This document shows, in pieces, positions 17,372 to 25,699 of a stretch of DNA of 64,000 bases. The notes beneath the pieces were generated by a model. That model did not search any database. It saw nothing but the letters and a program-made list of their open reading frames with translations, and was not told the origin of the DNA. The position numbers and the translations under genes are program-made. Origin of the DNA: Methylotenera sp. (GTDB taxonomy: Bacteria; Pseudomonadota; Gammaproteobacteria; Burkholderiales; Methylophilaceae); assembly GCA_046590165.1 (NCBI GenBank), contig JBKJUR010000017.1, positions 12,330-76,329 of the forward strand. The letters are read 5' to 3'. Each line of letters opens with the position of its first letter. The stretch's first letter is position 1.

Positions 17372-17944
17372 TTAACCAAAGTACGCACCAAGGTTGCTAA
17401 GCGCATCTGCAATTTCTTTCGGTGACAGCACATAGTCAACATAGCCTAAAGCCTGAGCATTACGAGACATATCCTCTACTTCGGCCGACATGTCCTGGGC
17501 AAAGGTTGTTCCTCCCTTTGTCTTGATTGACCTGCATCCCTCACTACCATCGCTATGGTACCCAGAGAGGATAATGCCGATGGCATGTTCCCCCATCGCC
17601 TCTGCTAAGGAACTAAAGAACAAATCTATTTGTACGTTTCTCCTAGAACGCGGGGAGACGACCTTGAAGTTACCTCTTTCTATCTGAAGATCTGCATTCC
17701 CTGGTATGACGTAGATATGATTTGCCTGGATCGGCATCCCTGTCGAAGCCAGCAATGCAGGCATTGTCGTGTAACGCGACAGAATTTTAGCTAACTGACT
17801 ATTGGCTTCAGGATGAATGTGAGAAATAACGACAAAGGCCATGACTGTATTGGATGGCAGAGACTCAAAGAGCGCCTTATAGGCATTAAGAGCGCCAGCC
17901 GAGCCACCAATGCCGACAATGTAGTTCGGGAGGAATTTAGTCAT
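17372..17944 (-). CDS. Stand-alone CheB-type methylesterase/deamidase domain protein (190 aa)
   Basis: IVGIGGSAGALNA (Ser), VVISHIHP (His) and LSGYHSDGSEG (Asp). It starts 35 nt downstream of the kaiC stop on the same strand. Confidence 0.75.
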   Translation of the reverse strand: MTKFLPNYIVGIGGSAGALNAYKALFESLPSNTVMAFVVISHIHPEANSQLAKILSRYTTMPALLASTGMPIQANHIYVIPGNADLQIERGNFKVVSPRSRRNVQIDLFFSSLAEAMGEHAIGIILSGYHSDGSEGCRSIKTKGGTTFAQDMSAEVEDMSRNAQALGYVDYVLSPKEIADALSNLGAYFG

Positions 17945-17979
17945 ACACTAAGCCAGCTTTTAACATACACTTTTTTTGA

Positions 17980-19494
17980 TTAATTTTGACGCACAGTAAT
18001 ACTTTTTCCAACCTTTTGTTTCTGATGGGGTCCAGCAGTCGCGTTAGAATCCATGGTGACCAACTTCAATCCATCATCACTCAATACAAATTTGTGGACA
18101 TCGCTGGAGTGGCCCATGCCGCGAGACTTCACGATGTAAATGCCACGAATGCGTCTTTTCCCCTCATTTTCTTCTAATTCCCGAACGACGATCCAGGTGT
18201 CAATCAAAGACGAGACGCCGATTTCGCCGCTCGTGTCATTTTGTGCGCTCGAAGAAACAAGGCTGGTAAAAAAGCTGGTGATAGCCCTCGATTTTAGGGC
18301 ATCGATCATGCGCGTCAGCATCGATTGAATTTCAAGTTCATTGCCCTGACCAATAAGACTAGTCAAGGGATCGATGATGACCGCTTTGGGTTTGAAATCC
18401 GCAATCATCTTGTATAAATCGAGTAAATGCATTTCCAGGCCAAAAAAGGAAGGCCGGGTAGACACAATCTTCAAAAGCCCTTTTTTAATTAAAGGATCTA
18501 AATCAAATCCAATAGAACGCATGTTTTGTATGAGTTGCCCTGACGATTCCTCATATGACAAGAAAAGACACCGTTCTCCACGTTTACACGATTGCACAGC
18601 GAATGCCGCCGCGAGGCTTGTTTTACCGGTGCCTGCAGTACCTGAAGCGAGAACTGTGCTGCCTCTTGTATAGCCGCCTCCCTGAAACAATTTGTCCAAC
18701 GAGGCAATACCCGTCGGAACCCTCTCTGAGGTGCCAGGATGATCGAGTCCTGCTGAAGTGATGGGAATGACTGACAGCCCGTCTCGATCTATGACGAAGG
18801 GATATTCATTTGTGCCGTGATTTGAACCGCGATACTTGATGATACGCATTCTACGGGTGGAAATTTGTTCTCTAACTCTGTTGTCCACGAGAATGATGCA
18901 ATCAGAAATGTACTCCTCCAGGCCATGACGGGTATAAGAGCCTTGTCTGAGCTCGCCGGTAATGAGTGCCGTCACTTGTTTATCCTTAAGCCACCGGAAC
19001 AGTCTTTTTATCTCCAAGCGAAGAATGCCGGCATCGGTGACGCCTGCAAAGAGTGATTCAATGGAATCCAAAACAACGCGTTTGGCGCCAATGCTATCAA
19101 TGGCCAATTCCAAACGTATGAACAGTCCTTCAAGATTAAATTCGCCTTGCGATTGAATATCTCCACGCTCCAACAGGACATAGTCGAGCACAATCTTTTT
19201 TTGCGTAACAAGTTCTTTCAGATCAAAATTGAGAGAAATCACGTCATTATAAAGTTCATCTTCTGTCTCTTCGAAAGACAAGAAGACACCTGGCTCGTTG
19301 TACTTAGTCGCTCCGTGGATTAAAAAATCAATCCCCAGGAGGGTTTTTCCAGTGCCGGTACTGCCACACAATAAAGTGATTCTATTTCTTGGAATTCCGC
19401 CTTCTGTAATTTCGTCAAAGCCCTGGATGCCGGTGAGGCATTTCTGGAAATTATTATCATCAGAGGCAATTTTTGTCTTAGGAGTTTTAGGCAT
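17980..19494 (-). CDS. kaiC: KaiC-family double RecA-like ATPase
   Basis: 504 aa with two tandem domains. Each has a Walker A (LLCGSTGTGKT; LASGTAGTGKT) followed by the EE motif (SFEETEDEL; LSYEESSGQL). Confidence 0.85.
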   Translation of the reverse strand: MPKTPKTKIASDDNNFQKCLTGIQGFDEITEGGIPRNRITLLCGSTGTGKTLLGIDFLIHGATKYNEPGVFLSFEETEDELYNDVISLNFDLKELVTQKKIVLDYVLLERGDIQSQGEFNLEGLFIRLELAIDSIGAKRVVLDSIESLFAGVTDAGILRLEIKRLFRWLKDKQVTALITGELRQGSYTRHGLEEYISDCIILVDNRVREQISTRRMRIIKYRGSNHGTNEYPFVIDRDGLSVIPITSAGLDHPGTSERVPTGIASLDKLFQGGGYTRGSTVLASGTAGTGKTSLAAAFAVQSCKRGERCLFLSYEESSGQLIQNMRSIGFDLDPLIKKGLLKIVSTRPSFFGLEMHLLDLYKMIADFKPKAVIIDPLTSLIGQGNELEIQSMLTRMIDALKSRAITSFFTSLVSSSAQNDTSGEIGVSSLIDTWIVVRELEENEGKRRIRGIYIVKSRGMGHSSDVHKFVLSDDGLKLVTMDSNATAGPHQKQKVGKSITVRQN

Positions 19495-19899
19495 ACACTA
19501 AATCCTTATTTAAGTTGGTCATTCAGCGCTATTCCGAATCAGCCTGAAATCGACAACGTCATCCGAGAAAAGAAATAAGGTGGGCATATTGTCGTTCACG
19601 GTAATGGAATTCTGTGCAGGTCACGTCGACAGTTGCAATCCTTGGCTATGTTGAGTTTGGCACGCTGCGTAGCGCCCAGTCGGTTCGTCAGCACACATAT
19701 AGTAGCGAGTTGTGAACAGTCTATTTTTGCAAAAGTACAATTACTTCAAAATTTTGTCTATATCACTATGTAGGCTAGCGTACAGATGGCAGGAAAGTAT
19801 TGGCATAGTCTTAATATTGCTCAGTTAAAGGCATAACCAATGGTTATGCTGTGACGACCGAAAAAACCTCAAATTAAATATTTAGAAAGACAATTAATA

Positions 19900-20376
19900 A
19901 TGAATCAATACACCCTTACTGCACCCCGCATTGATAAGAGTGCTACGCTCTGGGCCGCGATTATTGCTGGCGCTGTCTTTATGATGCTGGAAATGATGAT
20001 GGTACCTGTTTTTATGGGTGGGAGCCCATGGGGGCCACCGCGTATGATCGCGGCGATTGGCATGGGTAAAAGTGTGTTGCCCCCGCCAGCTACATTTGAT
20101 GCTGGCATCATGGGGATGGCGATGTTGATTCACTACGGACTATCGATACTCCTTGCGTTCTTGTTCGCGTTTATAGCTCGCGGACGCACCATTGGTATGG
20201 CGACGATGTTAGGTGCAGTATTCGGTCTGGTTGTGTATTTGGTCAATTTCTATGGAATGACGGCGGTATTTCCCTGGTTTGCCATGGCCCGGGGTTGGGT
20301 TGGAATTTTTGCGCATATTGTATATGGCGGTGTACTAGGCTTGGTCTACGCATCAATTGCTCGAAGACAGACGTGA
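19900..20376 (+). CDS. Hydrophobic membrane protein (158 aa, about 4 TM segments)
   Basis: The hydrophobic profile supports this strand. The overlapping minus-strand ORFs (19894-20133, 19905-20111) look like shadows. Confidence 0.55.
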   Translation: MNQYTLTAPRIDKSATLWAAIIAGAVFMMLEMMMVPVFMGGSPWGPPRMIAAIGMGKSVLPPPATFDAGIMGMAMLIHYGLSILLAFLFAFIARGRTIGMATMLGAVFGLVVYLVNFYGMTAVFPWFAMARGWVGIFAHIVYGGVLGLVYASIARRQT

Positions 20377-20553
20377 GAGCCTAATTATTATTAATTGGAC
20401 CAGTGAATCGATATCATGATATTCAAATTGTTTGATTAGCTATTATATCGATCAATAGTATCAAATATTGACTGAACTCTGGGAAGACCAGTGTTCATTA
20501 GACATTTACCTTGGAGAGCACCCATTCTCCATGTGCTTTGAAGGAGATATTAA

Positions 20554-21309
20554 ATGACCTGGGATCTTAGCTGGATAGCTTTCGTTATTGCCTTTGCTAT
20601 CGTATTTGCTTCTTCCGCAATCCGTATCTTTCGTGAGTATGAGCGCGGTGTCGTTTTCACTTTGGGTCGATTCTCGAAGATCAAGGGCCCTGGACTGGTC
20701 ATCATCATCCCAATAATCCAACAAGTGGTAAGAGTGGATTTGCGCACTAGGGTACTAGAGGTGCCCACTCAAGATGTAATATCACGTGATAACGTATCAG
20801 TAAAAGTTAGTGCAGTCGTTTATTTGCGAGTGATTGATGCAGAAAAAGCGATCATTCAGGTAGTAGATTATCTCAACGCAACAAGCCAACTGGCGCAGAC
20901 CATGTTACGTTCAGTGCTTGGCAAACACTTGTTAGATGATATGCTGGCAGAAAGAGAGAAATTGAACCTAGACATTCAGCAGGCACTGGATGCACAAACC
21001 GATAGTTGGGGCATCAAAGTATCAAACGTCGAGATTAAACAAGTTGACCTAACTGAATCCATGATACGGGCCATCGCAAGGCAAGCAGAAGCCGAGCGCG
21101 AGCGCCGCGCCAAAGTGATTCATGCCGAAGGCGAACTGCAAGCCGCTGAGAAGTTGTTCCAAGCCGCCAAAATATTGGCACAAGAACCACAAGCGATTCA
21201 GCTTCGTTACTTAGAAACGCTTACAGTGATTGGCGCAGACAAAAATACCACGGTCATCTTCCCGTTACCAATGGACCTAGTCAATGCTTTCTTGGGAAAA
21301 GCAAAGTGA
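20554..21309 (+). CDS. SPFH/band-7 (stomatin-like, slipin) protein
   Basis: An N-terminal TM segment, then [32 protein letters not shown]...[14 protein letters not shown]...[17 protein letters not shown], a typical SPFH pattern. Confidence 0.88.
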   Translation: MTWDLSWIAFVIAFAIVFASSAIRIFREYERGVVFTLGRFSKIKGPGLVIIIPIIQQVVRVDLRTRVLEVPTQDVISRDNVSVKVSAVVYLRVIDAEKAIIQVVDYLNATSQLAQTMLRSVLGKHLLDDMLAEREKLNLDIQQALDAQTDSWGIKVSNVEIKQVDLTESMIRAIARQAEAERERRAKVIHAEGELQAAEKLFQAAKILAQEPQAIQLRYLETLTVIGADKNTTVIFPLPMDLVNAFLGKAK

Positions 21310-22119
21310 AATTAATGCAGGTGTTTAACTTACAAGACTGAAGTCAAGTAGCAAATTTCTTAATTTAGTAGTTGTAAGGCACAGAGATGTAAACACCTTT
21401 TCTGCAACAAAAAATATAGCCTTCGGTAATTAGTCAGCAGTTCACTTAGACTAGTTTATTGTAGGGTTATACCAGCAAAATTGACTGTTGAAGAATTTGC
21501 CCTGAACTGTTGAGAAGATATGCTTTGTGAACAAAAGCATCACTCATTCAATTAACGTTAATAATTTAAATAATTACCCTGATCTAAAATCTGGTTCAAC
21601 TCCCATGACTTCAAACTAGATCATATTATTTAGGCCTACGAAACCTTTGGGCATGCCGCCAAAACTAGTGCGCTTAAGGTCATTATTGAAGTTCTCATTT
21701 TTTGCCTCATTTGAAGATCTAAAAATGGCTCGAAATGTTAGTCCGGTTCTGGCGCTAAAGGTTCTGCCGCGATATTAACCGGAAAATCAAAATTCGTTGT
21801 GCCAATTACTGCAACAACAGACAACAAACTTTCTGGTAATGGTCAATATGCCTATGACGTCAATACTAAGATTGTCGTATCCATTACCTTTGCTGATAAA
21901 ACGACTGAGCAAGCACGACTCACCCATTCGACTGCGTCACCATTAGGAGATATGGCTCAAATGGAAGGAATGAAAGATATGAAATAGTCTTTCAGCGAAT
22001 AGGCTAATGACTCGACCAAGTCTATGTTCGCTAACGAACAGCTTGAATCTTAGTTTTGGTTGTAAGCTGATTTAGAGTTCGCTTTATTTTTGCCTAACTT
22101 GAATAACTTTTATAAATGA

Positions 22120-22527
22120 ATGGAATTTAAAATGACCAATATTTTATATATTAAAAGAAGCCTTTCAGCAAGCTTGATATTGTCAGTGTTAGCTTTACCT
22201 GTTTGGACTTTAGCTCAATCTGCTCCAATGGCAGACGAATCCCACATGGGCTCTTCAATGGATATGAGCCATTCAATGGGTAGCATGGATGAAAAAATGA
22301 AAGCAATGCCCATGTCTGGCGATGTAGATTATGACTTTGCAATGATGATGCGCATACATCATCAGGGTGCATTAGACATGGCAAAATCCGAGTTAAATAA
22401 GGGCAAAAACCCTGAAATGCGCATGATGGCTAAAAAGATTATCGCAGCACAGAAAAAAGAAATTGCGCAGTTTGATAAATGGATTGCAAAACATAAAAAG
22501 ATGGAAGCGATGCCAACAACAAAATAA
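22120..22527 (+). CDS. DUF305-family periplasmic protein (metal homeostasis-associated)
   Basis: A signal peptide, a Met/His-rich stretch, and DYDFAMMMRIHHQGALDMAK...MRMMAKKIIAAQKKEIAQFDKWI, matching the DUF305 pattern. Confidence 0.75.
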   Translation: MEFKMTNILYIKRSLSASLILSVLALPVWTLAQSAPMADESHMGSSMDMSHSMGSMDEKMKAMPMSGDVDYDFAMMMRIHHQGALDMAKSELNKGKNPEMRMMAKKIIAAQKKEIAQFDKWIAKHKKMEAMPTTK

Positions 22528-22698
22528 TGCCTGACACTCAGGTCGCTTGCCAAATCGTACAAAAAGTGTCAATTGAGACCCGTAATTAATTGTAAGTTTT
22601 CAGTAAACTCAAAATCAACCTAAATTGTAGTTAAATGTTATATCTTCGGATGAGTGACAATCTCATCCGATTTTTATTGATAAATAAGGAAGTATCAA

Positions 22699-23038
22699 AT
22701 GAAAAAAATGATGTTAGCAATACTCGTATTTCCCCCTTTTAAGCACCGTTACTGTTTCAAGTTATGCAATGGGTAAGATGGTGGAAATGGCCATGCCTGC
22801 AAAAGCTACAGCCAGCCATACAACAATTAGAGGTCAGGGCAAGGTCGTTCTAATTAACCAAGAAAAAACGATGGTCACCCTTAAACATGACCCTATTGCA
22901 TCCATACAATGACCAGCAATGACAATGGCCTTTAAGGTTAAAAACAGTGCTGTTTTAGCTAAAACGAAAGTGGGTGATAAAGTGAATTTTACTTTGGTGC
23001 CTGATGGAAAAAACTATATGGTGACCAGTATTAAATAA
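22699..23038 (+). pseudogene. cusF: CusF-like periplasmic copper-binding protein, inactivated
   Basis: The signal peptide frame (MKKMMLAILVF) breaks at the C5 run and continues in the +1 frame (PLLSTVTVSSYAMGK...). An in-frame TGA at 22910-22912 replaces the conserved Trp of the H-x...-W-P-A-M-T-M motif (...HDPIASIQ*PAMTMAFKV). Confidence 0.8.
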
Positions 23039-23134
23039 ATGTATTGACCCTTGGATTAACCCTAAGTAGATTCCATAAATGGCTGCTTAGGGCCCAATTT
23101 ACCAGTTCGCTTATTATTAAAATCAAACTATCAC

Positions 23135-23182
23135 TGACAGCTTTTCGTAATTAGGGGTGGCGGCTTTGGAGTGGAATATACA
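23135..23182 (-). repeat. Right end of nested element: terminal IR plus a single subterminal repeat
   Basis: The reverse complement reads TGTATATTCCACTCCAAAGCCGCCACCCCTAATTACGAAAAGCTGTCA. Its first 10 nt are identical to the left terminus (10618-10627). From the ATTCC onward it matches about 34 of 44 positions of the left end's third repeat and adjoining sequence (10667-10710). Confidence 0.7.
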
Positions 23183-23318
23183 GGATAACTAATTTTTAGT
23201 TATAAAATATTATAAATATTAGTTAGGTTATCCTTTTTTACGAAAAAATTTATATTGTCTATTTCAGTCGGGTGGTGAGTTTATGTATAAATAGATATAT
23301 AAACGTGAGATTGATAAG

Positions 23319-23774
23319 ATGGATAAAGCAGTATTGATAGCCAAATTAATTGAATGGACTGCTAGTGGTGAGAAAGGCTTCTTTGTAACTTTAAATGCAA
23401 AAACAAATGACAAAATTTGTTTTGAGCAGGATTTAAGTAAATTTGCACATAAGCTAAATGACTATTGTTATGGTCGCGTTTATAAGCGAAAAGAAAAACA
23501 ATTGAAATTAATGGCTGGAATTGAAATTGGCCAATTAAATCAGATGCTGCATGCTCATCTTTTCATTCAGCACGATGACCAAATGAAAAGAACCTATTCA
23601 GAAGTAAATTCACATATTAGAAAACAGTGGTATGGATTAATCGGTTCAAAAAATTCAAATGGCAATATGGTGGATGTTGCACCCTTAGGTAATGTGCCAA
23701 CACGTATTTCCTATATGGTAAAAGATACAGTTTATTTAAAGCGTAATGACTTTTTAAATTTAATTTGGTTATAA
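23319..23774 (+). CDS. HUH-motif endonuclease-like protein (RCR Rep / relaxase-like, 151 aa)
   Basis: Three motifs occur in canonical order: GFFVTLNAK (motif I, FxTLx), MLHAHLFIQ (HUH) and RISYMVKD (YxxK). Confidence 0.55.
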   Translation: MDKAVLIAKLIEWTASGEKGFFVTLNAKTNDKICFEQDLSKFAHKLNDYCYGRVYKRKEKQLKLMAGIEIGQLNQMLHAHLFIQHDDQMKRTYSEVNSHIRKQWYGLIGSKNSNGNMVDVAPLGNVPTRISYMVKDTVYLKRNDFLNLIWL

Positions 23775-24408
23775 ATAGTAATACTTGAAGCCTGAGGCGA
23801 ACTCGGCAATTAATATGATGAAATACTTTTTGTATGGTAGATAACCCCATAGGTATTGGGATATCTAAAATATTAATAATTAGAGTATTGTTTCAATCAA
23901 AACAGAAACAACAGATCAACATTACATACCTAAGCAATCAAACTTGTTTGATTTTTAAATCTGGTCATTTATAGATACATTTTACAGCTTTAAGTCTCCA
24001 CTGAATATTGTTCAAAGTAGCACCCCAAACTGATTCAAGAAATCCATCTATAATTATGCAATAAAGCCATTCAGAATAATTACTTTAGGTTATGAACATT
24101 AGCAAAAAAGTCCCCGTAGCTGACACGCACACCTGAATGTCTCAAAATTGTCACGTTAATTTTTATTGACTGACTGCTTTTTCCTGCGAATTCAACTGGT
24201 CGATGCAATACATTGGTTAAATATCACGGTAACTAAGGGAAAATGGCAATAGAGTCAGAAAAAAATGACTGATGATTTCGTTTGAGAAATGATGAAATGG
24301 TAAAGAGGGTCTTTTTTTCATGCTTCACTTTACTTCACAGTTCCATATAAGCTAAACAAAGTCGAAGTTAAGCTGACAATGCCAATTTAATATTATGGGC
24401 ATATAGAT

Positions 24409-24948
24409 TCAAACCCTCTCCTTATTAATCTTCAGCCAATACCCAATCACATGGCCTGTAACGGATAAGACAATTCCAAGAAGAAGCGCACCAAAAACAA
24501 AACGAAGTTGAAAGTCAATAAACCAAAAACTTCCTAAAATAGTTCCTATTATCCAATCGGTCTGATCCCAGAAGTACCAAGAGTGCCCCAGTGCAATGTG
24601 CTTCTGTCGCTTCAACAAACTTTTTATGGCATCACCCATCAATGCAGAAAACCCCATCCATGGTCCCAACCACCAAGTATAATAATTCTCATCAATGGAT
24701 AGCCCCTGAAATGATTCATGATGCGTCACAAGGTATCGTTGCACTTGGTGAATCAAAAAGGAGACAATCACTCCAGCAATTATACCTCTGATCGTTTTAT
24801 GAGCCCCCAAAATTCTTTGGCTGCGCCACTGCTGGTTAAAATCCAACGGCCAATCCCAATTTGGAAGCAGCTTTGCGGCCACCGGAGGGATGGCATTGGC
24901 GAAACTTGCAGGAACTAAAAACCATAAAATACTGAGCAGAAAATCCAC
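24409..24948 (-). CDS. CarS-family (DUF46, CDP-archaeol synthase-like) membrane cytidylyltransferase
   Basis: ASFANAIPPVAAKLLP...WPLDF...RILGAHKTIRGIIAG and MGDAIKSLLKRQ...WDQTDW match the DUF46/CarS pattern as I remember it. Confidence 0.65.
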   Translation of the reverse strand: MDFLLSILWFLVPASFANAIPPVAAKLLPNWDWPLDFNQQWRSQRILGAHKTIRGIIAGVIVSFLIHQVQRYLVTHHESFQGLSIDENYYTWWLGPWMGFSALMGDAIKSLLKRQKHIALGHSWYFWDQTDWIIGTILGSFWFIDFQLRFVFGALLLGIVLSVTGHVIGYWLKINKERV

Positions 24949-25493
24949 TAATTACTTTCCCTCCACAAAATAATCATGTACTGGAGTGCGGCAAGAACAC
25001 CGACAATAGCTGCCGTGGTTACCAGTGCTGATATAGGTTCATTTATTTGAAATAGAATTGCCAAAAACACTAGATACTGAATAAGCGTTGTGATTTTGCT
25101 TAATAGTTTTGCCTTAACTGATTTTGTCTTTGTAACGCGGCCGGTTACCGTTAGAGCAACCGCAATTAGTAAAACCCCAAGGTCTCGGGCACTCAATAAA
25201 ACCCAATAATATAGAGATAGCTTTTCCAACCATACCCACGTCAGACTGACCGATAGAAAAAACAATTTATCAGCAATTGGATCTAGCACCTGTCCGAAAT
25301 AACTATGCCAGCTAAACATTCTTGCAAGAAAGCCATCAAGAAATTCAGTGGCCATTGCAATCAGAATTATTGTTAAATGCCATGACTCTGATGCAAATGG
25401 AAATAGTAAGGCTAAAAATAGACGTAACCAGGTCAGCGCGTTAGGGACGTGCCGTAATGGAGAAGCTATTGATGATTTAGGTGCTTGGCTCAT
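24948..25493 (-). CDS. CDP-alcohol phosphatidyltransferase family protein
   Basis: The signature D-G-x2-A-R-x8-G-x3-D-x3-D is present in EFLDGFLARMFSWHSYFGQVLDPIADKL. The stop overlaps the start of the downstream CarS-like gene by 1 nt. Confidence 0.85.
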   Translation of the reverse strand: MSQAPKSSIASPLRHVPNALTWLRLFLALLFPFASESWHLTIILIAMATEFLDGFLARMFSWHSYFGQVLDPIADKLFFLSVSLTWVWLEKLSLYYWVLLSARDLGVLLIAVALTVTGRVTKTKSVKAKLLSKITTLIQYLVFLAILFQINEPISALVTTAAIVGVLAALQYMIILWRESN

Positions 25494-25648
25494 AACTACT
25501 TATTTGCTGCATACTAAATACAATTTTTTCACATTGGCATTGTAAGGACCTAAAAAGTCACTCAACGCGTAGCCCACTTTTATAAAGCAATGAAAACAGT
25601 GTGTACTCAAATTACAATATGCGCAATGACTGTGCAATGCGAATAGAC

Positions 25649-25683
25649 TTAAAAAAACGACTTGAGCGTTAACTTAAGTCGTT
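25649..25683 (-). terminator. Rho-independent terminator following the tRNA-Phe fragment
   Basis: On the minus strand it reads AACGACTT-N12-AAGTCGTT followed by T7. It lies directly 3' of the CCA end at 25700. Confidence 0.7.
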
Positions 25684-25699
25684 GTTTTAATTTTAAATT

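Larger units (their letters stand above)
10618..23182. mobile_element. 12,565-bp transposase-less transposon-like element nested in the island
   Basis: The termini are TGTATATTCC (10618-10627) and GGAATATACA (23173-23182), a 10/10 inverted match. GGATAAC flanks both sides (10611-10617 and 23183-23189). The ends carry subterminal ATTCC-containing 22-23-bp repeats. No transposase-like ORF is seen inside. Confidence 0.7.

Noticed and set aside
16412-19501. Cluster of long ORFs antisense to or overlapping the oxidoreductase, CheB-like and kaiC genes (for example 16412-16768, 16800-17108, 18374-18673, 18865-19056, 19298-19501)
   Set aside because: These are shadow ORFs typical of GC-rich coding DNA. 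The opposite-strand genes have clear family motifs and these do not.
21799-21987. 62-aa ORF (GTG start) plus coding-looking debris from about 21.4 kb
   Set aside because: There is no convincing start or RBS, a stop lies immediately upstream in frame, and no motif is recognisable. It is probably a remnant of a degraded periplasmic protein gene.
22910-22912. In-frame TGA in cusF as possible selenocysteine or Trp recoding
   Set aside because: The same gene also has a frameshift in a C5 run. TGA replaces a conserved TGG by a single transition, and I see no SECIS-like hairpin downstream. A pseudogene is the simpler reading.
10618-23182. Interpretation of the nested element as a Tn7-like or CRISPR-associated transposon
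   Set aside because: No tnsA/B/C-like, tniQ or cas genes are present. The flanking duplication is 7 bp rather than the 5 bp typical of Tn7. Only the general end architecture is shared.
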